Origin: Elusimicrobiota bacterium
Lineage (GTDB): Bacteria > Elusimicrobiota > Elusimicrobia > UBA1565 > UBA9628
Reading direction: 5' to 3'
DNA: 64,000 nt
NCBI GenBank assembly: GCA_027371715.1
Contig: DAHXMM010000021.1
Coordinates: 18,923 to 82,922, forward strand
This document shows positions 37,359 to 45,545 of this stretch, piece after piece. The first letter of the stretch is position 1; each line of letters begins with the position of its first letter. The position numbers and the translations under genes were made by a program. The notes under the pieces were generated by a model. That model was not told the DNA's origin. It was given only the letters and a program-made list of their open reading frames with translations, and did no database searches.

Positions 37359-38168
37359 ATGCCTATTCCAACGCTCGACATTCACCTCGAGGTTTTTGAG
37401 GGTCCGCTGGACCTTCTTCTCTTTCTCATCAAGAAAGACGATCTCGACATTCATAATATTCCCCTAGCCCATATCACGCGCGAATATCTCGAATATTTGC
37501 AACTCATGAAAGATCTCAACCTCGATCTCGCCGGCGAATTTTTGGTGATGGCTTCAACCTTAATGCTTCTTAAAGCGAAATCCCTTCTCCCCAAAACCCC
37601 CGCCACAACGGAAGAAGAGTTAAACCTCCAATCCGATTTGACGGAAAAACTTCTCGAATATCAAAAGTTCAAGGCCGCTTCCGAATATTTGGAACTCCGA
37701 GGAGAAGATTTTAAAAATGTTTTCTACCGGGGGACGCCTCATTTCGAGGATTCCGAAAAAACCCTTTCCGTGGGCGTTTTTGACCTTCTCTCGGCGCTTA
37801 AGGAAATTTACGAGAGAGGAGAAAAAGATTCCCGCGAACTTATCGGAGAAGAATTCCCGATTGAAGAAAAAATTGAAAAAATTTCCAGAATGCTCGAAAG
37901 CCGCCCCGCCTTGGCCTGGGAAGATATTTTTAATGACGAGAAAAAACGCCGAGGAATTCTCAGTTGCTTTTTAGCCCTCCTTGAGCTCGTTCGCCTTCAA
38001 AAGGTTTTTATTCGGCAAGATTCAAATTTTGGCAAGATCCTGATCTTCAAAAAAGAGGTTCAAAATGGAAATGGAAACATCTCACCCCTCCCTTCAGACT
38101 CAAACAGAAACATTGGAAGCGAATCTCCCGTCCCAGTCAATGGAAACGGGTTCAATTCCGCAATCTGA
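37359..38168 (+). CDS. scpA: segregation and condensation protein A
   Basis: N-terminal LEVFEGPLDLLLFLIKKDDLDIHNIPLAHIT block of ScpA. Low-complexity N/G/S-rich C-terminal tail. Confidence 0.8.
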   Translation: MPIPTLDIHLEVFEGPLDLLLFLIKKDDLDIHNIPLAHITREYLEYLQLMKDLNLDLAGEFLVMASTLMLLKAKSLLPKTPATTEEELNLQSDLTEKLLEYQKFKAASEYLELRGEDFKNVFYRGTPHFEDSEKTLSVGVFDLLSALKEIYERGEKDSRELIGEEFPIEEKIEKISRMLESRPALAWEDIFNDEKKRRGILSCFLALLELVRLQKVFIRQDSNFGKILIFKKEVQNGNGNISPLPSDSNRNIGSESPVPVNGNGFNSAI

Positions 38169-38835
38169 AGAGGAAAAAACTTCCTCGGCTAAAATTTCTC
38201 TCCCTTTAATGGGAATGATTGAAACCCTTCTTTTTATCACCGATCGCCCTCTCCCGCTTAAACGCATTGGAGAAATTACCAAGGAAAAAAATATCTCCAA
38301 GCTCGAATCCGCGATTAAAGATTTGGAAGAAAACCTTCAAAGTAGAAATTCCGCCCTCCGGATATTTGAAATTGCGGGCGGTTTTCAAATGGCGACAAGA
38401 ACAGAGTATGCCGCCATTATCCGCAAATTATTCGCCGACAAGATGACTCTCAAACTTTCCAAGGCGGCGCATGAAACTCTTTCCATCATCGCCTATCGTC
38501 AACCTCTCACCCGAGCCGAAATCGAAACCATTCGCGGAGTGGACGTAATCGCGGCACTAGAAACCCTTCTTGAAAAAAAACTTATCCGCGTCGCGGGCCG
38601 GAAAGAAACTATCGGACGGCCCTTAATGTATGAGACAACCGCGGAATTTTTAAAACATTTCGGCCTCAAGAGTTTGGAAGAACTTCCTCCCATTGAACAG
38701 TTTGAAGCTTCTGGAACTCAAGCCGCTCAACCGCCTCTCCGAGAAGAACCCTTGCCGCCGCAGCCTCCCCTCATCGCGGAAGAAACTCCGCAAGTTGAAG
38801 AAACTTTCCCGGAACCACCCACCACGGCAGAATAA
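38065..38835 (+). CDS. scpB: segregation and condensation protein B
   Basis: LMGMIETLLFI... and two winged-helix repeats typical of ScpB. The ATG at 38065 has an AAGAGG RBS but overlaps scpA by 104 nt; alternative starts are at 38140 and 38209. Confidence 0.7.
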   Translation: MEMETSHPSLQTQTETLEANLPSQSMETGSIPQSEEEKTSSAKISLPLMGMIETLLFITDRPLPLKRIGEITKEKNISKLESAIKDLEENLQSRNSALRIFEIAGGFQMATRTEYAAIIRKLFADKMTLKLSKAAHETLSIIAYRQPLTRAEIETIRGVDVIAALETLLEKKLIRVAGRKETIGRPLMYETTAEFLKHFGLKSLEELPPIEQFEASGTQAAQPPLREEPLPPQPPLIAEETPQVEETFPEPPTTAE

Positions 38836-38837
38836 TC

Positions 38838-40292
38838 ATGAAGGTCTTAATCGCGGCTTCGGAAGCGGTCCCTTTTTCCAAAACCGGCGGCCTGGCCGAT
38901 GTCGCTGGGGCCTTGAGCCAAGCTATCTCTAATCTTGGAAATGAAGTCATTCTCATTTCCCCCAAATATCGCGTGGTTTCTCCACAATGGACGAAAAATG
39001 CGCAAAAAGTTTCTCTTTCCGTTTCTCTGGGGATGTCGGTATTCAATAGCCAAGCATGGATTTTTCAGCGCCAGAAGGTCAAAGTAGTCCTCATTGATTA
39101 TCCCGAGTTTTACGATCGCCCGGGCCTTTACGGAGAAGCCGGCCGAGACTATCCCGACAACGATATTCGTTTCGCTTTTTTTGCCAAGGCCGTTTTAGAA
39201 ACGGCCAAAGCGATCAATTTTAAACCTGATATTATTCACGCCCATGACTGGCAAACCGGTCTTATCGCCGCTTTTCTCAAAAGCCCTCGCTCGGATGATT
39301 TTTTTACCGACTCGAAAACTATTTTTACCATTCACAATCTCGCCTATCAAGGAAATTTTCCGCCGGAAAGCGTTCAAAAATGTGGAATCGATCCCCTCCT
39401 TTTTAATTCCGAGGGACTCGAATTCTACCGCCAAATGAGTTTCATAAAATCAGGACTCATCTTTTCCGACCTTCTCAACACCGTCAGCCCCAGCTATGCG
39501 CGGGAAATCCAGGCTTCTTCTGAAAGAGGATTTGGGTTTGAAGGCCTCCTAAAACATCGGAGTTCCGATCTCCACGGGATTCTTAACGGCTTGGACACGG
39601 AAATCTGGGATCCCGGCAAAGATTTGCTTCTTAAGAAAAATTATTCCGCAGGAAATCACCTTGAAGGAAAAAATTCAGCCAAACAAGACATTTTCCTCAA
39701 AGGGAAGCTCAACATTCCAATTCAAACTCCGCTCATCGGAATTGTCTCGCGGCTAGACCGCCAGAAAGGGCTTGATCTCGCCCTGGAAGCCATCAAAACC
39801 TCTATTGGAAGCATCTCTCTCGCTGTCATTGGGACCGGAGACCCCTCACTCGAAAAAGCTTTTTCGGATTTCGCCAAAGAATTTCCCGAACGCGTTTATT
39901 TTCACCCTCAATTTGACGAAGCCTTCGCCCATCAGGTCTATGCCGGCTCCGATCTATTTCTGATGCCTTCTCGCTTTGAGCCTTGCGGGTTAGGCCAAAT
40001 GATCGCCATGCGCTACGGCTCAATACCCATCGCCAGCCGAACCGGAGGTTTAGCCGACACGGTGTTTGAAAATCCCAAAGACCGACAAAACGGTTTTCTT
40101 TGCGAACCTGGAAACGTCGAAGATTTAAAACGGGCGCTCAGCCGCGCGCTCAAGGCTTATACCACGCCTTCCTGGAAAGAAATCGTTCGCTGTGGAATGC
40201 AGGGAGACTTCTCGTGGGAAAAATCCGCCAAGATCTATATTAAGCTTTACCAATCCGCTCAAAAGATCAGGACCAACATTCAGACTTTCTAA
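38838..40292 (+). CDS. glgA: glycogen synthase (GT5)
   Basis: N-terminal KTGGLADV motif and overall GlgA similarity. Confidence 0.85.
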   Translation: MKVLIAASEAVPFSKTGGLADVAGALSQAISNLGNEVILISPKYRVVSPQWTKNAQKVSLSVSLGMSVFNSQAWIFQRQKVKVVLIDYPEFYDRPGLYGEAGRDYPDNDIRFAFFAKAVLETAKAINFKPDIIHAHDWQTGLIAAFLKSPRSDDFFTDSKTIFTIHNLAYQGNFPPESVQKCGIDPLLFNSEGLEFYRQMSFIKSGLIFSDLLNTVSPSYAREIQASSERGFGFEGLLKHRSSDLHGILNGLDTEIWDPGKDLLLKKNYSAGNHLEGKNSAKQDIFLKGKLNIPIQTPLIGIVSRLDRQKGLDLALEAIKTSIGSISLAVIGTGDPSLEKAFSDFAKEFPERVYFHPQFDEAFAHQVYAGSDLFLMPSRFEPCGLGQMIAMRYGSIPIASRTGGLADTVFENPKDRQNGFLCEPGNVEDLKRALSRALKAYTTPSWKEIVRCGMQGDFSWEKSAKIYIKLYQSAQKIRTNIQTF

Positions 40293-40299
40293 ATCAATT

Positions 40300-40539
40300 T
40301 CAGCGGGAAACAGATTTTAGTTTTTCTCTCAAATGGTTTTTAGCTCTAGGCGGAGTCGAGACATTCACCTTAAGAGAACCTAAAATTCCCACGGTTTTTC
40401 TGATGGTCTTAAAAAGAGCGACGCAAGGTTTACATTCTTTCAGGTGAGATGTAATTTTAGAGAGAGTCTTAAAATCCAAGCTTCCATCAATATAATCAGA
40501 CATCTTCCGGGAAAGATTCTTACAGTGGGGGTCTTTCAT
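40300..40539 (-). CDS. putative anti-sigma factor (zf-HC2 type)
   Basis: 79 aa with an H..C..C motif (HLKECKPC). Translationally coupled downstream of the ECF sigma factor gene. Confidence 0.5.
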   Translation of the reverse strand: MKDPHCKNLSRKMSDYIDGSLDFKTLSKITSHLKECKPCVALFKTIRKTVGILGSLKVNVSTPPRAKNHLREKLKSVSR

Positions 40540-41117
40540 CTGACTTTCTCTTTAAACTCAATCTCAAAACGCTCCCGCAGAAACATTCGTCCACGATGAA
40601 GACGGGATTTAACCGCAGGGACGCTCAGCTTTAAAATTTTTGCGGTTTCTTCGGCTGAGAGGCCTTCGATATCCCGCAGAGTCAGAACAAGACGATAGTC
40701 CGCCGGAAGATCCGACAAGGCCTTGGCCACCGCCTGTTGCAATTCTTTCTTTCGCGAAATTTCCTCGGGGTTTGGAAACCAGTCTTTAAACTCCCAGGAC
40801 CCGCCTTCTTCATCCGGACGCCTGCGTTCCAAAAAAGAAACCACGGGTTCTCGTTTTTTCTTACGGAAGCGAACCCAGCAGAGATTTGCCGCGATGCGGT
40901 AAAGCCAGGTCCCTAAATTCGAGCGGTTCTTAAATCCTTTAATATTTTTGAACGCCGAGAGAAAAGTTTCCTGATAGACGTCTTCCGCATCCGAAGGCAT
41001 GCCGACACAAACATGATGGGCCAGACTAAAAATTTTATTTTCGTAATTACGAATGAGTTGGGAAAAAGCCTCCACGTCCCCAGCTTTACTTTTCTCGATA
41101 AGCTCCGCTTCTTTCAT
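40536..41117 (-). CDS. ECF-family RNA polymerase sigma-70 factor
   Basis: Sigma-70 region 2 (YQETFLSAF...WLYRIAANL) and region 4 HTH (LSAEETAKILKLSVPAVKSRLHRGR). Confidence 0.85.
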   Translation of the reverse strand: MKEAELIEKSKAGDVEAFSQLIRNYENKIFSLAHHVCVGMPSDAEDVYQETFLSAFKNIKGFKNRSNLGTWLYRIAANLCWVRFRKKKREPVVSFLERRRPDEEGGSWEFKDWFPNPEEISRKKELQQAVAKALSDLPADYRLVLTLRDIEGLSAEETAKILKLSVPAVKSRLHRGRMFLRERFEIEFKEKVR

Positions 41118-41131
41118 GAGGAAGAGAAATC

Positions 41132-42319
41132 CTAGGCTTTCACCGAAGAAGGGCCTGGGAAATTCTTCAACAAATGGCGAGAAATGACTAACTGTTGAAT
41201 TTGAGAAGAACCTTCCCCAATTTGATAGAGCTTGGAGTCTCTAAAAAATCGCTGGACAGGACATTCAAGGGAAGACGCCTCGGGACCAATGAGATCTAAA
41301 ATTTCGCTGGTCGCCCGAACCGCCAAATCTCCGCTAATGAGCTTTGCCATCGAAGCTTCTTGAGAGTAAGGGCGTTTTTGATCCATCAAAAACGCGGCCC
41401 TATAGGTTAAAAGCCGGGCGGCATCCACCTCAGAAGCGATTTGAGCGAGAACTCTCTGGGCGTAGGTCAACCCTGGGTTTTCAGGCAAAATCCCGTAATC
41501 CGCTTGCCGTTCCCTAACCCAGCGAATTCCCTCTTCCAAAGCCGCGCGGGCAATACCGACCGAAATTGCCGAAATGGCGACGCGACCGCCGTCCAAGACA
41601 ACCATCGCGTCCCGGAAAGCGCGGCCCGCTTTACCGATGAGCGCATCCTTGGGGAGTTTCAAATTGTGAAGATGTAGTTGCGCCGTGTCAGAAGACCTCA
41701 ACCCCATTTTTTTCTCAATTTTTCCGATATTAAGCCCGGGCGTTCCTTTCTCCACGACAAAAGCGCTTAAACCTTCCCGCCCATTTTCGGTAAATTCAGC
41801 GGAGGTCTTGGCAAAAATGACATAAATTCCGGCCACCGAACCTTGAGTGGTAAAGGTTTTAGAACCGTTGAGAATCCAATGGGTTCCGTCAAATTCAGCC
41901 CGGGTTTGAATGGAGGCGGCGTCCGAGCCCGCGCCCGGCTCAGTCAACGCCCAGGCCCCTAGGTCTTGCCCCGAGGCCAAGCGTGGAATATAACGCTGAC
42001 GCTGTTCTTCGCTTCCGTGAAGGTAAATTTGGCTCGAACAAAGTCCATTGTGAGACTCAATCGTCAAAGCAATCGAAGCGTCCACCCGGCCCAATTCCTC
42101 TAAAATCACGCAAAGACCTAATTCATCTTCTCCAAGCCCGCCATACTTCTTAGAGAACGGAATCCCCAAAAGACCCATTTCCTTAAGGAAAGGAACTGCT
42201 TCCCAGGAAAATTCTTCTTTTTGGTCTCGTTCTTTGGCTTTAGGGGCGAGCTTTTGATCGCAAAAATCTCGCATCCGCTCTTGAAGCCCCAGATGGCGGG
42301 GGGTTAAATTAAAATCCAT
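41132..42319 (-). CDS. acyl-CoA dehydrogenase family protein
   Basis: ACAD N-, middle- and C-terminal domain similarity across the full 395 aa. Confidence 0.8.
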   Translation of the reverse strand: MDFNLTPRHLGLQERMRDFCDQKLAPKAKERDQKEEFSWEAVPFLKEMGLLGIPFSKKYGGLGEDELGLCVILEELGRVDASIALTIESHNGLCSSQIYLHGSEEQRQRYIPRLASGQDLGAWALTEPGAGSDAASIQTRAEFDGTHWILNGSKTFTTQGSVAGIYVIFAKTSAEFTENGREGLSAFVVEKGTPGLNIGKIEKKMGLRSSDTAQLHLHNLKLPKDALIGKAGRAFRDAMVVLDGGRVAISAISVGIARAALEEGIRWVRERQADYGILPENPGLTYAQRVLAQIASEVDAARLLTYRAAFLMDQKRPYSQEASMAKLISGDLAVRATSEILDLIGPEASSLECPVQRFFRDSKLYQIGEGSSQIQQLVISRHLLKNFPGPSSVKA

Positions 42320-42328
42320 ATTTTAATT

Positions 42329-43231
42329 CTACAAGTTTTTAATCGGCGATTTTTCCAAAGCCGCGAAATAGACTCCGGCTAAAATAAAGGCGCCGCCCAA
42401 GGAACTCCCCCAGTTGAGGCCTTCTCCCAAAAGAAAAACCCCTAAAAGAGCCCCTAAGAGGGGTTGAACAAAAATAAAATTAGCCAGGATGGAAGCCGAA
42501 ACCCGTTCCATCGCGAGATTCCAGGTGAGAACTCCCAAGAAAGAAACTCCCAACGATAAATAAAGGAGGGGCACAAGGCCCGTCTTGAGAAAATTAAATT
42601 TAACAACCGGCAGATGAAATATCCCTGCGCAAAAAAGAAGCGGAAAAACGGCGACCATAGAGGTTAGAGCGGTTAAGCTCAAGGCATCCATCTTTTTAAG
42701 AAGGGGTTTGCCGAGAATAGTATACAATGCGAACAAAATGCCTTGAACGCACAAGAAACCGTCTCCTAAGTAGGAACCATGGGGAGACTGAAACAGAAAA
42801 GCGAGGGAATGTCCTTGAGCGACAATTAAAAAAGATCCCGTTAAACTCAACACTAGGGCGAAAATTTTTAAAACCGATAACTTTTCATCTAGGAATATAG
42901 CCGATAAGAAAATAATGGCCATCGGTTCTAAAGCCATGAGTAGAGCGGCATGAGTCGCGCTGGAAAGTTTTTGTCCCCACGCTCCCGCCCACAAGGGCAT
43001 GTCGTAACCAATGACGGCGATTAGAGAAATCCGGACCCCCTCGCCAAAGCCCAAATTATTCTTTTTGAAAAACCGAATACAAAAAGGAAGAAAAAAAGGC
43101 CCCGCCAGCACAACCCTCCAAAACACCACCGCAAAAGGTGAAAGATTTTTTAAAGCGTAGGATGTAGCGACAAAGGAAGCCCCTCCCAGAATATTGGTCA
43201 GAAGAAGTAAAAAAAACGAACTGACGCTCAT
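42329..43231 (-). CDS. EamA/DMT-family transporter
   Basis: 300 aa, ten predicted TM helices in two EamA repeats. Confidence 0.7.
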   Translation of the reverse strand: MSVSSFFLLLLTNILGGASFVATSYALKNLSPFAVVFWRVVLAGPFFLPFCIRFFKKNNLGFGEGVRISLIAVIGYDMPLWAGAWGQKLSSATHAALLMALEPMAIIFLSAIFLDEKLSVLKIFALVLSLTGSFLIVAQGHSLAFLFQSPHGSYLGDGFLCVQGILFALYTILGKPLLKKMDALSLTALTSMVAVFPLLFCAGIFHLPVVKFNFLKTGLVPLLYLSLGVSFLGVLTWNLAMERVSASILANFIFVQPLLGALLGVFLLGEGLNWGSSLGGAFILAGVYFAALEKSPIKNL

Positions 43232-43240
43232 CTTAATTTC

Positions 43241-45514
43241 TTAAGGCAAACGAGGAGTGGGAGGAAGCTCGACGCCGTGCGCCTTGGCGGATGCGCGAAT
43301 CACTTCCTCATGGAGAATGCGCCCGTCTTGATCCATGGCGTTCAAAAGCACATGGGCCATGGCCGAAGGGATATCGGGCATATATCCAAAAAGAACTGGA
43401 ATCACAAGTTCTTCCGCCAAGGCCGTGCCCTCTTTTTCGCCCAAACGCTCGCTTAAGGCTTTTCTTAAATTCCAGGCAAATCCACTCCAGGCCAGGCCTT
43501 GTTCATGGACCTCATCTTGAGGATTCAATCGATAATTATTTTCTCCGCTTCGAATCCAGCTGGGATTTTGCTTTTTATAGAATCCTTCTCCGATCAAAGG
43601 GGTGTCCAACATAAACATCGACACAATATCTCCCCAGCCCTCGTTTAAGCCTTCGTCCGAACGCATTCCCACAGGATGGTCTAAAACGGGAAGTTTATAA
43701 GAATACGAGAAATAAGCCCGCGCGCGCTTAAAAAGGTTCATGAAAAAACCAGTCGGCGGATTATGGATCATATCGTCCGCCTTATGCGTCATTTCGTGGA
43801 AAAAAACTCCGATTCGCCCCGTATCGGAATATTCTTCGTTTTCGCGATCGGAATGAATGTCGCCGCTCTCAGGGCTGTACCAAGCGTTTCCAAACTCGGA
43901 GGAATTCACCCGAATCGTAGTCCGATAATCCAGGCGATGATCAAAGTTTAAGAGCTTTCGCAACCAAGCCCGATGACGCGAATCGGCTACATAAGCGTTG
44001 ACCTGGTTGACGATGAATGGGTCTGCTCCCTCGGGATTAAAAACTACTGCATTTCCTGCTCCCGGGCGAAGCGTTCCATTAATTTCGACCGGATTTCCAC
44101 TTTCATCAATCACCTCGGTAAAAAGACCTGATAATTTCGCCTTGACGGTTCCCTGCGGAAGTTTAAGATCGGCGGAAAAACGCCCATTCTCATCGGTGGT
44201 ATAATTGCGGCCATCAATCGTCAGATGAAGAAACGGAAGGGGTTGGGGCGACAAGAGAATTTCCCCATTGGGACGATGGTCCGTCGATTCCGCGCGCGCC
44301 AGCGCCTGACCCTCGACCTTGGACGTTTCTCCTCGCAAATTTAAAGCTAAAGGATTCCGGCTTACAGTAGCGGAAATTTTATGAGCGCTTTCTATTAAAC
44401 CCGACGGCAAACCCAAGGAACTAGCTCCTTGATTGTTCCAAATAAACACCTCTCCATTGAATAGATCAGCCGCGAGGGCGACGGGAAGACCTTTCTTACG
44501 GTAAAGATTGACGGCGCGCCAATGACCTCGGTATTCGATAACGGCTCTCCCTAAAAAACGAATCAAGGTTTCGGAAGAATCCGCGTATCGCGCCCGGACC
44601 GCCTCATTTAAGTCCGTATCGCTTAAAACCGGCTTTTTTGGAAGAGAGACTTCATCGTAGAGGTTCGAGCGAAGAGAAACAAGAAATGCTCTTCCCTTAA
44701 CAACCTTGATCGTAGCCGCCGCATAAGCTCCCCAAACAGGCAAGGACATCGCGTTTCCAATATGGCTAAGAACGTCTTTCTTTTGGCGAAAATAGGCGTA
44801 AATAGTATCAGTCCGATGGGGGCCTCCGGAAACCGCCGTCACATAGACCGTAGCCAAATCCGAGCTTGAAAGCCCAAAGTCCCCCTTGTGAAGATCTATT
44901 TTCGCGCGCAAAATTTTTTCAATAGAAAATTCATCACTTGGGTTGACATGAAGTTCAAGAGAGCGGGAAAGAAACCCATCTTTATCCCCCTCTTCTTCCA
45001 GTAAATTCCGGCGTGGAGCCGCCCCTGGGGCAAATACAATCTCCGGAGAGCCTTCTTCTGAAGAATCCGAAGGCACATCGAGAGTTTTAGGGAAATTTTG
45101 AGGCAACAGGTTTCCAGAAAAACTTTGCCCATCGAACAAACCAGAAAAAGGGACTGTCCCTTTGTTTAAGAAGGAATTCTTCCCTTTCTTATTCCGTGAG
45201 AAAAATTTTTTAATTTTAAGCGCCCATGGTTTAATTTTTTTAATAGGCTTCTGGAAAAAACGAGGCAACTCAGTTTTTTCTTCTTTTGACAAAAGACGAG
45301 GAACAAGATTTTGAGACGAAAGAGCTTTAATTTCGTCTAAATTCGGTAAATTGACCTCCGGCTCTAATAAAGAGGGACTAGAAATAGTATCTGGAGGCAC
45401 GACTTGAGGGGGAGAGGCAAAGTCTTTAAAAACCTCCGCCGCATGAGAGGGGGGAAAACTCAGTAAAAGAAAAAAAGAAAGCGCAAGGGTTTTCCCTTGC
45501 GCTTTCCTATCCAC
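43241..45514 (-). CDS. secreted M4-like (thermolysin-family) zinc metalloprotease, paralogue 1
   Basis: Signal peptide. HEMTH zinc motif, then NEGWGD (Glu zinc ligand) and D..H (DEVHEQG), in the order seen in thermolysin-type gluzincins. Probable GTG start. 31 nt downstream of paralogue 2. Confidence 0.55.
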   Translation of the reverse strand: MDRKAQGKTLALSFFLLLSFPPSHAAEVFKDFASPPQVVPPDTISSPSLLEPEVNLPNLDEIKALSSQNLVPRLLSKEEKTELPRFFQKPIKKIKPWALKIKKFFSRNKKGKNSFLNKGTVPFSGLFDGQSFSGNLLPQNFPKTLDVPSDSSEEGSPEIVFAPGAAPRRNLLEEEGDKDGFLSRSLELHVNPSDEFSIEKILRAKIDLHKGDFGLSSSDLATVYVTAVSGGPHRTDTIYAYFRQKKDVLSHIGNAMSLPVWGAYAAATIKVVKGRAFLVSLRSNLYDEVSLPKKPVLSDTDLNEAVRARYADSSETLIRFLGRAVIEYRGHWRAVNLYRKKGLPVALAADLFNGEVFIWNNQGASSLGLPSGLIESAHKISATVSRNPLALNLRGETSKVEGQALARAESTDHRPNGEILLSPQPLPFLHLTIDGRNYTTDENGRFSADLKLPQGTVKAKLSGLFTEVIDESGNPVEINGTLRPGAGNAVVFNPEGADPFIVNQVNAYVADSRHRAWLRKLLNFDHRLDYRTTIRVNSSEFGNAWYSPESGDIHSDRENEEYSDTGRIGVFFHEMTHKADDMIHNPPTGFFMNLFKRARAYFSYSYKLPVLDHPVGMRSDEGLNEGWGDIVSMFMLDTPLIGEGFYKKQNPSWIRSGENNYRLNPQDEVHEQGLAWSGFAWNLRKALSERLGEKEGTALAEELVIPVLFGYMPDIPSAMAHVLLNAMDQDGRILHEEVIRASAKAHGVELPPTPRLP

Positions 45515-45545
45515 CGTCTTTATTTCCTTATTATCTTATATTCGA

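Noticed and set aside
41125-41170. Possible third, degenerate copy of the protease leader motif upstream of the ECF sigma gene
   Set aside because: Only the CTAGG core and a few flanking positions match, the spacing to the ATG differs (16 nt), and it lies inside the acyl-CoA dehydrogenase coding end. It is too weak to call.
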